From assembly GCA_951406725.2 (NCBI GenBank), contig OX597826.1, positions 54,188,001 to 54,252,000 of the forward strand: DNA of 64,000 bases, read 5' to 3'. Each line of letters begins with the position of its first letter. The stretch's first letter is position 1. The position numbers and the translations under genes were made by a program. Of the stretch, positions 40,305 to 53,570 are shown in pieces. The stretch is from Octopus vulgaris. Taxonomy: Eukaryota. The notes beneath the pieces are model-generated. The model was not told the origin of the DNA, ran no database searches, and worked only from the letters and a program-made list of their open reading frames with translations.

Positions 40305-40526
40305 TTAACTCATTCCTTGCTGACTTGTCTCTGCTCTGGTTCAATGAAACAAACCTCGTGTTTCAAAGTAAACAGAACTAAACAGTCCATCAAAATTTCT
40401 TGTTAATTTATGATCCAAAATCCAGGCTTACAATGGCAAAGTGATATAACTAAATTCTTCATTATTCAAAATTAATTAAAACAACGGCAGAGAATTCCGA
40501 AATAAATATGGTAATGAAAGGGTTAA
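40305..40526. mobile_element. piggyBac-type MITE
   Basis: TTAActcattc ... gaaagggTTAA, TTAA at both ends. Confidence 0.55.
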
Positions 40527-40748
40527 ATAACGAAAGCGCATATAAGATAATCTACCAGTATATCCACCTCTAAACGATGGGAAAGCCACAGAAGGAATGC
40601 TTTTCTTCATAGTTCGTTCGATCAGGGCTGAGCCGAGGTAAACATCAGCAACAACGAACCCTTACAGGCTTGATAAAATAAAGTATCATCAGTAAAGCGC
40701 TCGGGTCTATTTATATAATACATCGAAGATGTGAATGAAATTATAAAA

Positions 40749-41160
40749 TAGGCGCAGGAGTGGCTGTGTGGTAAGTAGCTTGCTAACCAACCACATGGTT
40801 CCGGGTTCAGTCCCACTGCGTGGCATCTTGGGCAAGTGTCTTCTGCTATAGCCCCGGGCCGACCAATGCCTTGTGAGTGGATTTGTTAGACGGAAACTGA
40901 AAGAAGCCCGTCATATATATGTATATATATATATATGTGTATGTGTGTGTATTTGTGTGTCAGTGTTTGTCCCCCTAGCATTGCTTGACAACCGATGCTG
41001 GTGTGTTTATGTCCCCGTCACTTAGCGGTTCGGCAAAAGAGACCGATAGAATAAGCACTGGGCTTACAAAAGAATAAGTCCCGGGGTCGAGTTGCTCGAT
41101 TAAAGGCGGTGCTCCAGCATGGCCGCAGTCAAATGACTGAAACAAGTAAAATAGTAAAAA
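40749..41160 (+). mobile_element. SINE family A, young full-length copy
   Basis: tRNA-like head aggcgcaggagtggctgtgtggta..gggttcagtccc, internal (TA/TG)n, tail (gtaaaa)n; CpGs intact. Confidence 0.9.
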
Positions 41161-41280
41161 TAGTATGTAGGAAAGCGAAGGGCCATGCATGAATAGAGCA
41201 AGGGGCTTGCATCTATCAAAGGTTAATGTTTCTACTCGTTTATCACCTCACTGCTCATTAATGATATATAAAGCGTGCTT

Positions 41281-41354
41281 GCCCGGCTAGCTCAGTCGGT
41301 AGAGCACGAGAGTCTTAATCTCGGGGTTGTGGGTTCGTGCCCCACCGTTGGGCA
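41281..41354 (+). pseudogene. tRNA-Lys(CTT) pseudogene / retrocopy
   Basis: Near match to metazoan tRNA-Lys-CTT (GCCCGGCTAGCTCAGTCGGTAGAGCA...CTTAA...GGTTCG), but C32>G, T-loop A58>T and an extra C at the T-stem/acceptor junction; followed by T5. Confidence 0.85.
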
Positions 41355-41364
41355 GTATATTTTT

Positions 41365-41597
41365 AAGTCGGCGAGCTGGCAGAAACGTTAGCACGCCGGG
41401 CGAAATGCGTAGCCGTATTTCGTCTGCCGTTACGTTCTGAGTTCAAATTCCGCCGAGGTCGACTTTGCCTTTCATCCTGTCGGGGTCGATAAATTAAGTA
41501 CCAGTTACGCACTGGAGTCGATGTAATCGACTTAATCCGTATGTCTGTCCTTGTTTGTCCCCTCTGTGTTTAGCCCCTTGTGGGTAGTAAAAAAATA
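41365..41597 (+). mobile_element. SINE family B, full length, fused to tRNA-Lys copy
   Basis: Matches the 28513 copy; starts directly after the T5 trailer of the tRNA. Confidence 0.9.
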
Positions 41598-42056
41598 GAT
41601 ATATAAAGCGTGGTGTGTTGCCTTACACTTGCTAATTAGTAAATAACAAAAATACAAGCGGCATTTCGTTCGTCTAACGTTCTGAGTTCAAATTCTGCTT
41701 TGCCTTTCGTCGTGTTAAATGTAATCAACATTCCCACTCCCACGAAGTTGCTGGAATTATGCCAAAAGTTAATATTGCTAAACAACAAGAAGCCAAGGAG
41801 TAAACCTCAGTGTGATAGTTCGATTCGCTAGAAATAGCAGCCACATTTCCCTTGAATCATATTCTGCTGACTTTAAAATACGAAAGATACATCGAGTAAT
41901 GAAGTCTTTTGGATGAAAAAAAAAATTAAAACGAAAAATGGGGTTGTCACAATTGGAGCGCCTTTGATCATAGATTTGCTCAACTTTAGGCTGACTTAGC
42001 GCTTATAAAAGAAACTACAACAATAATAACAGTAAAAAGGAGAAAAAAAAACTTAC

Positions 42057-42107
42057 AAAGTCTTTAGCTTCATAATTGAAGATTGACTTGCGTACCGAAC
42101 CAACCAT
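42057..42107 (-). CDS. Putative first coding exon of TMEM272-like gene (MVGSVRKSIFNYEAKDF)
   Basis: ATG at 42107, 17 open codons, donor TTT|GTAAGT, phase 0 matches next exons; lies in CpG-retaining zone. Link to the gene is inferred from phase and position only. Confidence 0.55.
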
Positions 42108-42382
42108 CTTTCCAGAATAAAGACCGCTGCAATCTTTAGGTGACAGGTTCGAATTTAACTTGGGTATAGATCCGACGTGAGATATCAGTCATTAATTAAT
42201 ATGTTGATTATTATGGTTATAATTATTATAATTCTGTTGATGTTGAAGGTGGTGATGCTGATGTTAGTAGTATATGTTTTTTTTTGTTTTTGCTTTTGTA
42301 TATGGTGACGAATTGATAATTTGATCACCAATATTTAATCCATCTGGGTCACGCATCTGCCGTGTTTACACGATTACATTGC

Positions 42383-42433
<51 letters not shown>

Positions 42434-42616
42434 TTGTTTATAGGTGAATGAGTACGTGTATGAATGTGTATACGTGTGTATGTATGCGAGTGGTGTATAG
42501 TTCAGAGAGAGAGAGAGAGAAAGAGATAAAAGGAAAAGGAAGTTATATATTTGTGTATGAAGTAGGTGTGTATATTTGTATGTATAATGCATACGTGCGC
42601 GCTATGTATGTATATA

Positions 42617-42758
42617 TGAGGTCGACTTTGCCTTTCATCCTTTCGGGGTCGATAAATTAAGTACCAATTACGCACTGGGGTCGATGTAATTGACTTAATA
42701 CCTATGTCTGTCCTTGTTTGTCCCCTCTGTGTTTAGCCCCTTGTGGGTAATAAAGAAA
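42617..42758 (+). mobile_element. 5'-truncated SINE family B
   Basis: Core and tail only; tatgtatgta on both sides. Confidence 0.8.
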
Positions 42759-43420
42759 TATGTATGTACGTACGTACGTACGTATATGTTATTTAAAATG
42801 TTATTAACAAGTTGCTAGGCATCGGATTAATGCGAACAACATAAAGTTACAAATATAAGTGGCACATAAATAAATATATTAGTTCAGCGCATCACAAAGA
42901 AAGAAGGATTGTCTCGTAGTTTTTGTCAGTAACATGTTATTACGGTTGTACACATACACACACACACACAAGCACGCAAGTAGTTGTCATAGTACTAACT
43001 GTTATGGTGTTGGTGGTGGCGGCGGTGCTATCTGTAGTAGTAGTAGTAGTAGTAGTAGTAATAGTGTAGTTTTGTTGCTACTAGTTGTCGTAACATTAGA
43101 GGAAATAGTCGTAGTAGTGTAGTGGTAAAGGAGTTGTAGTGCAAAAACGTGAATTTAATTACTCTTTTTTAATTTTGGCACAAGGCCAGCAATTTTGATG
43201 GCGGGGTGGTGGGGGTGGGTGGGGTTTCAGGGAATAACCGATCACATACATCGATCTCAGTGCTGATACGCTGATTTATTTTTTATCGATACCCGGAAAG
43301 AGAAAAAAGGCAAAGTCGAACGCGGCGGAATTTGAGCGCAGCGCAGCTCAGAAGAGTGGTGTTGATAATAATGGTTTCTGATTCGAGTAAAAAAAAAAAG
43401 CCAGCAGGGCAATCCTTCGA

Positions 43421-43560
43421 TATAAATACATGACGTCAATCATACATACATACATACATACGTTTCCTCATGACTGACATAAAGCGGCTAAGCCTGAGAT
43501 AGCGGGTGAATGACGTCGTCTCGTCACACCGACACTCTCTTCTAAGACCAATACCGAAAG
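43421..43560. promoter_or_regulatory. Candidate promoter/enhancer with CRE sites
   Basis: Full CRE TGACGTCA at 43431, near-CRE TGACGTCG at 43511, CpG-rich unique sequence about 1.3 kb upstream of the putative ATG. Confidence 0.3.
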
Positions 43561-43621
43561 AATGCCAGTCAGCAGTTTTGAGGATAAGGGTTTAGTTGCT
43601 ATTTATAACCTCAGTACTTTC

Positions 43622-43829
43622 TCACGCCGGGCGAAATGCTTAGCGGTATTTCGTCTGCCGTTATGTTGTGAGTTCAAATTCCGCCGAGGTCGACTTTGCC
43701 TTTCATCCTTTCGGGGTCGATAAATTAAGTACCAGTTACGCACTGGGGTCGATGTAATCGACTTAATACCTATGTCTGTCCTTGTTTGTCCCCTCTGTGT
43801 TTAGCCCCTTGTGGGTAATAAAGAAATAG
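43622..43829 (+). mobile_element. 5'-truncated SINE family B with TSD
   Basis: gtacttt present immediately on both sides. Confidence 0.85.
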
Positions 43830-44654
43830 GTACTTTATTGTTATTGATTCCGTAAGGATGAAAGGTAAAACGGACCTCGGGGCTCGGGGGGTGGTTTTAA
43901 CTCAGAACGTAAAAAGACGGGACAAACTTTAAGGCTTTAACGAAAGCATGACGAACCTTTTCCCGGGAAGCGGGTTGCATGGGACATTAGACATCCTTGG
44001 GCGAGCCGCCGCACTTGTAAAAAAAAAGAAAAATTCATGGTAATTTCTCGTTGGTGTGCAATTCAGAAAGTGCTGTGGGCCGCAGTTTGTCTAATGTCTG
44101 CTTTAGGTGTAGGCGCGTGGCTTCGTTGTTACGGTGTTGGACTCATGATCGTAAAATTGCGGTTTCGATTCTTAGAGCGGGCGATGTGTTGTGTTCTTTA
44201 GCAAAACACTTCATTTCACGTTGCTCCAGTTCACTCAGCCAGCAAAAACGAGTTATCCTGCGACGGACCGGCGTCCCGTCTAGGAGGGTAATTTATACGT
44301 TATGGAACCGGTAAACCGGCCCTTTATGAGTCGTCATGATTCGAGAAGGTTATTGTCTCTTTTTCAATGTCTGCTTTAACGATTCTGTCTTACATGGCCA
44401 AAACTATGATGAGAGACAAAGTTGGATTTGAAGTCAGAACGTCAAGAGCCTAAACTAAAAATAACAAGACATTTTGTCCGATGCACTACCGATTCTGTCA
44501 CTCAAAGTCAACAATTCTGAGGGGAGGAATTAATCGAAAGCATCGACTGCAGTACTCAAATGGTACTTTATTTTATCGACTCTCTCGAAAAGAGAAAAGG
44601 CGAAGTTGGCCTTGGGGGAAATTGAACTCAGAACTTAAGGCATTAGAACAACTA

Positions 44655-45072
44655 CCTATATTTTTACTACCCACAAGGGGCTAAACACAGAGAGGACAAA
44701 CAAGGACAGACAAACGGGTTAAGTCGATTATATCGGCCCCAGTGCGTAACTGGTACTTATTTAATTGACCCCGAAAGGATGAAAGGCAAAGTCGACCTTG
44801 GCTTAATTTGAACTCAGAACATAGCGGCAGACGAAATACTTATTTCTTTACTACCCACATGGGGCTAAACACAGAGAAGACAAACAAGGACAGACAAACG
44901 GATTAAGTCGATTATATCGACCCCAGTGCGTAACTGGTACCTATTGGATTATCCAATCGACCCCGAAAGGATGAAAGGCAAAGTCGACCTCGGTGGAATT
45001 TGAACTCAGAACGTAATGGCAGACGAAATACGGCTACGCATTTCGCCCGGCGCACTAACATTTCTGCAGCTC
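44655..45072 (-). mobile_element. SINE family B with tandemly duplicated body
   Basis: Junction gaaatac|ttatttctttactac near 44839. Confidence 0.85.
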
Positions 45073-45807
45073 AAATACAGTAAGGCATTTTATTCGACGA
45101 TTCTGTCCATCCATCCACCACCTAGTCATAATGCCTGAAATTTGGAAGGAGCGGCATTTAGTTGATTAAATCTTCTCCAGTACTCGACTACTACTTTATT
45201 TCTTTCATTTACCGAACTCCGTAAGGATGCACCCAAAGTTGACTGCAGGCGGGATTCGAGTTCAAAACAGAAAAAAGAAGTTAATCAAAATATATTTAAA
45301 AAAAGACATTGATGGTAATTACTTCCAGGCACCATTCACTTGAAGACAATAGTTAAATTAAGGTTAATGTATTTAAAAAAGAAAAAAAAGAATATCGATT
45401 TGTATCGATTATTTAGTTAGAAAACCTTTTGACAGTATGCTGACCCCATTTTAAAAGTACACTCACTCGTATCATCTTGTAGATTGTTTTCGATGACTAA
45501 AACATTGATATCGATAAAAGATTTCACTGAAAATTCCAAGAAATATACAGTGTAATATAAAATATCAGCTGAAACTAACAAATTTCCCCGGTAAATTTAC
45601 CAACATGTTGCAATAAAATCTGATCACGGATGTTTAGAAATAACTAGCTTGAACCAATCGTCTGCTAGTCATTTCGTTTGTACGCTGTTATCAGTCAGGC
45701 ATCATACACACCTGAGTGTCAGATGTGTGAATGTGCGCGCGCGAGTGCGTGTGTGTGCGCCTGCGCGCATGCATGTGTGAGTGTGTGTGTTTGCGTATGC
45801 GTATACA

Positions 45808-46016
45808 TACTCTTTTACTCTTTTACTTGTTTCAGTCATTTGACTGCGGCCATGCTGGAGCACTGCCTTTAGTCGAGCAAATCGACACCGGGACTTATTC
45901 CTTGTAAGCCCAGTACTTATTCTATCGATCTCTTTTGCCGAACCGCTAAGTGACAGGGACATAAACACACCAGCATCGGTTGTCAAACAATGCTAGGGGG
46001 ACAAATACAAACACAT

Positions 46017-46049
<33 letters not shown>

Positions 46050-46558
46050 CATATATACGACAGGCTTCTTTCAGTTTCCGTCTACCAAATCCACTCACAA
46101 GGCATTGGTCGGCCCGGAGCTATAGCAGAAGACACTTGCCCAAGATGCCACGCAGTGGGACTGAACCCGGAACCATGTGGTTGGTTAGCAAGCTACTTAC
46201 CACACAGCCACTCATATACGTTCTTTTATTCTTTTACTTGTTTCAGTCATTTTGACTGCGGCTATGCTGGAGCACAGCCTTAAAGCGTTTTTAGTCGAAT
46301 CAATCGACCCCAGGACTTATTCTTTGTAAGCCTAGTACTTATCCTATTTACGGGGATGTAAACACACCAACATCGGTTATCAAGCAATGATGGAGATGGT
46401 GGGACAAACGCACTCACACACACACACACGTATATATACGACGAGATTCTTTCGGTTTTTGTCTACCAAATTCACTCACAAGGCTTTGATCAGCCTGAGG
46501 CTATAGTAGAAGACACTTGCTCAAGGTGCCACACAGTGGGACTGAACCCGGGACCATG
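45808..46558 (-). mobile_element. Two adjacent SINE family A copies (45808-46212, 46222-46558)
   Basis: Reverse complements of the 40749 copy. Confidence 0.85.
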
Positions 46559-47174
46559 ATATATGTAAATATATATTTAAAGAGTGCAGGCGAGTGGTTT
46601 AGTGGTTAGGGGTATTCGGTTCACGATCGTAAGGCCACGAGTTCGATTTCCGCCGATGCGTTGTGTCCTGGAGCAAGACCGCATTTTTTAAAATGTTACT
46701 CCAGTCGACTCAGCTAGCAAAAATGAGTAGTACCTGTAATTCCAAAGGGTCAGCCTTGTCACATTCGGTGTGTCACGCTGAACCTCTCCGAGAACTACGT
46801 TAAGAGTACGTGAGACCTGTGGAATGCTCAGCCACTTGGACGCTTATTTCACGAGCAGGCTGTTCCGTTGATCGGATGATCAACTGGAACCCTCGTCGTC
46901 GTAACCGTCAGAGTGCCAATTATACTTACACATAAACACATATGTACGCATAAGTGTGCGTGTGTATATCTTTATCTTTTCCTTTTTTTTTTTTGTTTCA
47001 GACACTGGATTGCGATTGAACGAAGAAACCCCAAAGCATGCTTTTTTTAAAAAAGTCTGTTATTTATTCTACGGTCTCTTTTGCGGACGTAAATAAACCA
47101 ACAGCAGTTGTCAAGCGGTGGTGGTGGTGGTATGTGTAGACATAAAGACATACATACGTTTGTAAATCTGCCTG

Positions 47175-47297
<123 letters not shown>

Positions 47298-47404
47298 GTC
47301 TATCTGTCTGTCTGTCTGTCTGAGGTACGACGACGATCTCGAGGCGAACCTGGGCGTCGACGAGGAATACCTGACCCGCCTGTTCAAGACGACTTTCAGG
47401 CCGG

Positions 47405-47716
47405 GGACCCTACATTCATGAATGATTATGGAATTGCACCTAGAAAGTTACCCTCCAAAGTACAAGTCCGGGCAAGGTTATTTATGGAAGATCAATGGTC
47501 GCCCATGCATATCGGCCTCCTCTCTCCACACCACCAATGTTATCCAAGGGAAAAGTAAAGGCCGATACAGCTTGGCACCAGTGACATCACAACTCATTTC
47601 TACAGCTGAGTGAACTGGAGCAACGTGAAATAAACACGCAACCCGGTCTGGGAATCGAACTCACAATCGCGTGATTGTAAGCTCGATGCTCTAACCACTG
47701 AGCCATGTTCCTTCAC
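47405..47716 (-). mobile_element. SINE family C
   Basis: Reverse complement of the 14309 copy. Confidence 0.85.
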
Positions 47717-48562
47717 CAAATTGTCTTCTCACAACCCACATAAAACCAGCAGCTGTTAAATGTATAAGGAAAATAGGAACAAGTACTCTAAATAATATCC
47801 AATACAAAGAAATGACTGTTGATGTTGTTGTTGTTGTTATTGTTATGCTCTAGATTAACCTTTATGTAAAAACATTCCAAGTGTGACCATCTTGTTTATT
47901 TTTATGACGATCACTAAGTCTACATAATCTGATATGTTCTTTCAATTATTAATGTTAATGAATGATTTGAGGAAGAATTAGTCGCTATTTCTAGCGAGCT
48001 AAGCTCATTTGGTGGCTCCTACACATCATCACTTGTAGTTGTTGTTGCTACTGTAGTTCTAGTAGTAGTTGTAGTAGCAGCAGCAGTAGTAGTCATCGTT
48101 ATTGTTGTAGTTGCTGTCGTTGTAGTAGTGGTGGTGATGGTGGTAATAGTTGTAGTAGCAGTAGTTGTTCTTTAAACCTAGGTCAGCTTGATTTCACTGA
48201 GTAAGCCTATTATCAAAGTGTGGAGACATGTGGCTTAGTGGTTAGGGTGTTGGACTCATGATCGTAAGAGTGTAGTTTCGATCCTGGACCGGGCGATGCA
48301 TTGTGTTCTGGAGCAAAACACTTCACTTCACGTTGCTCCAGTCCACTCAGCTGGCAAAAATGAGTAATCCCACGACGGACCGGCGTCCCATCCAGGTGAG
48401 GGAATTTCTACACCACTGAAACCGGGAAACCAGCCCTTATGAGCCTGGCATGGCTCTAGAAGGAAACACTATTATCAAAGTAATTTCCAGCAGCGTCTTC
48501 AGACACAGTGTATCAAGGTCTACATAATCCAATGTATCTTTCCCTTTTTTTTTATAAAGACT

Positions 48563-48972
48563 CAGGAGTAGGAGTGGCTGTGTGGTAAGTAGCTTGCTTA
48601 CCAACCACATGGTTTTGGGTTCAGTCCCACAGTGTGGCACCTTGGGCAAGTGTCTTCTATTATAGCCTTGGGCTGACCAAAGCCTTGTGAGTGGATTTGG
48701 TAGACGTAAACCGAAAGAAGCCCGTCGTATATATGCATATATATGTATGTGTGTGTATATGTTTGTGTGTCTGTATTTGTCCCATCCAACATCGCTTGAC
48801 AACCGATGCTGGTGTGTTTAAATTCCTGTAGCTTAGTGGTTCGGCAAAAGAGACCAATAGAATAAGTACTAGGCTTACAAAGAATAAGTCCTGGGGTTGA
48901 CTTGCTCGACTAAAGGCAGTGCTCCAGCATGACCACAGTCAAATGACTGAAACAAGTAAAAGAGTAAAGAGT
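48563..48972 (+). mobile_element. SINE family A
   Basis: Matches the 40749 copy. Confidence 0.9.
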
Positions 48973-49473
48973 ATGGTTTGAGGGAGAATTGGCAACTATT
49001 TCTAAAAGGTCAAGTGAGCACAAGATGCTCCTTCATTTACTTGTGACGCATCGATTGATTGAAATGGTTGATGCTGTTCATAAAAGGAAACTTAGTTCTT
49101 ATCCTAATGACCACAGCTGTAATTAGGAAAAGTCTGCACTGTCCCCAGCAGGATTCATTAATAGGTTCATTTAGCAGAAATGGATCCAACAGCATACATG
49201 TAAATGACCCCATAAAATGGGGTTTTAAGTAGAATATGGAAACAGGAGGATAGAGACAAGGATAGACACAATTGGTTGAAGGTGATTGGAGTGGAATGGC
49301 TGTAGAACTTCATCAGAAAATTTGCCTCTTGGGAATCAGGAAAGATTATGAGTATGATTTTGTGCACATGAAAGGTTATTGAAAGCTTCTTGATACCTAA
49401 GGTCACAGGTAGTACCCATTACTCACATAAGTTCTATCAGAAAAATGAACAAACCTGTGTCAAGTTCAATAAC

Positions 49474-49517
<44 letters not shown>

Positions 49518-49519
<2 letters not shown>

Positions 49520-50178
49520 TAAAGCAAGACATGACAGAGTCGGCCAGTATTTACATTGGACAATATGTCGGCATTATAAAATCAAAACCGCTGACAAATG
49601 GTATAAACACCATCCTGAAGCTGTGACTGAGGGAGAAAAAGTGTTGATTCTATGGGACTTCCCCATACAGACCGACAAGACTATAAAAGGTAATAAACCG
49701 GATATTATTATAAAAGATCAGACAAAAAAGATTTGTTTATTAATTGACATGAGTATTCCTTGTGATCACAATATAGCGGCGAAAGAATTTGACAAGATTA
49801 GTAAATATAAAGACTTGCTAATAGAAATAGAAAAAATGTGTCATCTCAAGGCGACTACAGTACCAGTGACTGTAGTATCTCTAGGAATGATAAAAAAGGT
49901 ACTGAAACCTATTTGAGAATGATTCCAGGCTTACCATCCCTACAGGAAGTGCAAAAAATCGTATTAACTAGAATGGCTCATGTACTGAGAAGAGCATTAT
50001 CGCTGTGAAAACAACATCCATCCAAGAATTTATTTATTTATTAATTTTTAAATACATATTTTATCTGTGAATTTGCGCGTGTAATCTGGGAATACATACA
50101 ATGAGCTTCTCTGCCCTAGGTGTATGGAAAACACTTGGCGAGAAACGGAAGAAAATTTGAAGAAAGAAGGAAAAAACG
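49518..50178 (+). mobile_element. 5'-truncated Dong/R4-clade non-LTR retrotransposon (restriction-like endonuclease domain)
   Basis: YKARHDRVGQYLHW..WYKHHP..ILWDFPIQTDKTIKGNKPDIII....IDMSIP....KE.DKISKYKDL; one frameshift, stop at 50008; (TAA)n on both sides. Confidence 0.9.
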
Positions 50179-50454
50179 TAATAATAATAATAATAATGAT
50201 AATAATGATAATAATAATACTATAGGCACAAGGCCTAAAATTTTGGGGTTGGGGATAAGTTAGTTATACTGACCCCAGTGTTTCACTGGTACTTAATTTA
50301 TTGACCCTGAAAGGTTGAAAGGCAAAGTCAACCTTGGAGGAATTTGAACTCAGAACGTAAAGACGTACTACTGCTAAGCATTTCACCTGGCATGCTAACA
50401 AATCTGCCAGCTCACCACCTAATAATAATGATAAAAATAAAGATAATAATAATG

Positions 50455-50504
<50 letters not shown>

Positions 50505-50506
<2 letters not shown>

Positions 50507-50995
50507 GTACATTGTTTTGTCTTGGTATAAAAGATGGGCTAAAGCAAATATTCTGCTCAATACCACAGATTTGCTTGTCAGTTGTTTGACTGTAACCAAT
50601 TGAGCATGTCCCTTAGTGGCTGATGATATGTGCATCTCTGATCACAAGCAGCAGTAGTGGGGGAGCATCATAACCATGTGTTGAGAGGAATTCTTTGAGG
50701 TTTGGATAATTCACCTTTGGAAACATGGGTGTTTCGTTCAACATCCTCAAACAACCCTTATTCAGGGACCTTTTGAGCAGGATGGGCTACTCGACCTGAA
50801 GAAAATTCTAACAGTGCCCCACCTGCAAGGTCATGTCCTGTTTATCTTGATATGAGATCACCAGGTCATGCACATATGGTTGTGATGCATGTGCCTGGTG
50901 TACCCTTGTCAGACAGGTAGTCATGGTGGGTATACTGGGCTTCATATATTTTACCCCAGTGTCACTTTGGTGGCATGCACTGCTCTCTCACGCAA
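50505..50995. mobile_element. Unclassified element embedded in (TAA)n, possibly a LINE 3' UTR
   Basis: Complex ~490-bp sequence with sharp (TAA)n borders on both sides. Confidence 0.45.
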
Positions 50996-52077
50996 TAATA
51001 ATAATAATAATAATAATAATAGTTAATAATCCTTTCTATTAAAGGCACAAGACCTTTAAAGGGAGGGGACTAGTTAGTTTCACTGTTACTTAATTTTATT
51101 GACCCTGAAAGGACAAAAGATAAAGTTGATTGAGGTTGAATTTGAACTCAGAACTTTCACCTGGTATGCTAATGATTCTGTTTGGTTTTTGATTTAAGCA
51201 CAAGGTCAGCAATTTTTAGAAAAATGGGTGTAATATTATCGATTCTAACACTCGACTGGTTCTTTATTTTATTGATCCTGGAAGAATGCAAGGCAAAGGT
51301 GACTTTAGTGGGGTTTGAACTCAGAATATAAAGAGCCAGAACAAATGTCACAAGCATTTTTCCTGACACTCTATGATTTTGCCGCCACCACTAGCAGCAT
51401 CACTATGACGACCACACCACCCCGATCATTATTACTCCAACAACAACAAAAATGGCAACAACAACATCTACAACAATAACAACAAAACACACTTGTCTCC
51501 CTTTTTTCTTTACTATTATCTCCCCCCCCTCTCTCTCTTTCTAAGACTCACCTCTCCACCAACCATTCTTCTTTTCATCTCATCTCATATCAATCTCACA
51601 TTTTCCTTCATGATAACATTTAATTACCAAGCTGAATTCCTAACCAAAGTCAGATTTCCTCAGGCCAATATCATTTGCAGCATCGTTCCATAACCTCTGT
51701 CCGGTTTCTATCTTGCTGCTAGCGCCACTCATCTTGATGATCCATAATTTCATAATTTTCAGCCTCAATTCTATCTTGTTAATAATAAGTATTGAATAGC
51801 TTTTGGTAAGTCTTTGTGGAACTTGGCCAGAATATATGTACACACATATGTACACACATGCACACACACACATGCACACACACACATGCACACACACACA
51901 TGCACACACACACATCATGTATATGAACATATACAAATAAAGGCAAATATAAATAAATATTTGTGTGTGAGTGTGTGCCTATACAAGCATATATATATGT
52001 GTGTGTGTGTGCATATATGTATATATATATGTATGTACATGTATATATATATGTATGTATATGTACATATATGTATG

Positions 52078-52124
<47 letters not shown>

Positions 52125-52337
52125 GTATGTGTATATATATATATATGTATATGTATATATACATGTATGCATGTATATACACATACATATATATATGTAT
52201 ATTTATGTATATGTATATATGTATGTATATGTATATATATATATGTATGTATGTGTATATATATATGTATATGTATATATACATGTATGTATACATACAT
52301 ATGTAAATGAAAATATGTATATATTTACTTTGACATT

Positions 52338-52368
<31 letters not shown>

Positions 52369-52388
52369 GTATGTATTTATGTTTATAC

Positions 52389-52449
<61 letters not shown>

Positions 52450-52461
52450 TACATATATACA

Positions 52462-52492
<31 letters not shown>

Positions 52493-53141
52493 GAATGGAC
52501 ATGAATATGTGCTTATGCACCAGTTTACACATAGGCATGCACATGTGCACATACACAAAATTCCATACAAAAAGAAATCTGAAGACACTTAAAATTGCTT
52601 TCAACAAACTTCTACATTTTGGTCAATTTACATTTTATTTTAAATGGTGTATTAAGAGGAAGAATCGTATTATAATATAACAGTCTTATTTGCTATGTTT
52701 TAACGAGGGAAACTCTATTAAACAATGTATATTGTGCCACATATATATCATCTTCATCACTTAACGTCTACCTTCCATGCTGGCATGGGTGGAACGGTTT
52801 GAGGGGAACCGGCCTGCACCAAACTTCTGCAACTGTTTTGGCAGGATTTTTACTGCTGGATGCCCTTCTTAACACCAACCACTCACCAGAGTGGACTTAG
52901 TACTTTTTCCATGGCACAAACACATGGTACTGCCCAGGTGTCAAAACCATAATGATATCCGTGTGGCAGCTGATGATGGAGGTATGTTGGATTGTTGGTA
53001 TGGCTGTTTTTGTATTTGTGGAATAGTGTTATAACACATCCTTTTTTTAAATCTATAAATTCATAAATATTCAATTGTTATGATGAAGAGCCATGAGAAA
53101 GAAAAATCTAGATGGTATGAACTGATGCTTACATGCTCAGT

Positions 53142-53177
<36 letters not shown>

Positions 53178-53570
53178 GTTTAATGTCCGCTTTCCATGCT
53201 AGCATGGGTTGGATGGTTCAACTGGGGTCTGGGAAGCCCGAAGGCTGCACCAAGCCAGTCAGATCTGGCAGTGTTTCTACAGCTTGATGCCCTTCCTAAC
53301 ACCAACCACTCCGTGAGTGTAGTGGGTGCTTTTTATGTGCCACCGATACAGGTGCCAGACGAGGCTGGCGAATGGCCACGCTCGGATAGTGGTTTTTACG
53401 TGCCACCGGCACGGAGGCCAGGCGGGGCTGGCATTGGCCACGATCGGATGATGTTTGTTACGTGCCACCAGCACGGAGGCCAGTCGATGCGGTGCTGGCT
53501 ATGGCCGTGTTCGGATGGTTCTCTTATGTGCCACCGTCACTGGTACCACAACTACAAATTCCATTGATGT
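53142..53570 (-). mobile_element. Family D repeat with internal ttacgtgccaccggcac subrepeats
   Basis: (cat)n cgtttaatgtccgc start; four to five internal subrepeats. Confidence 0.8.

Noticed and set aside
41281-41354. Functional tRNA-Lys gene
   Set aside because: Substitutions at conserved positions 32 and 58, a 1-nt insertion and a flanking TSD indicate a retrocopy.
42057-42107. Glutathione peroxidase or P2X N-terminus resemblance (SIFNYEAKD)
   Set aside because: No matching downstream exons found; phases fit the TMEM272-like model.
51640-51830. Unique-looking ORF segment and plus-strand GTAAGT donor
   Set aside because: No recognisable homology; stops in all plus frames before the donor.
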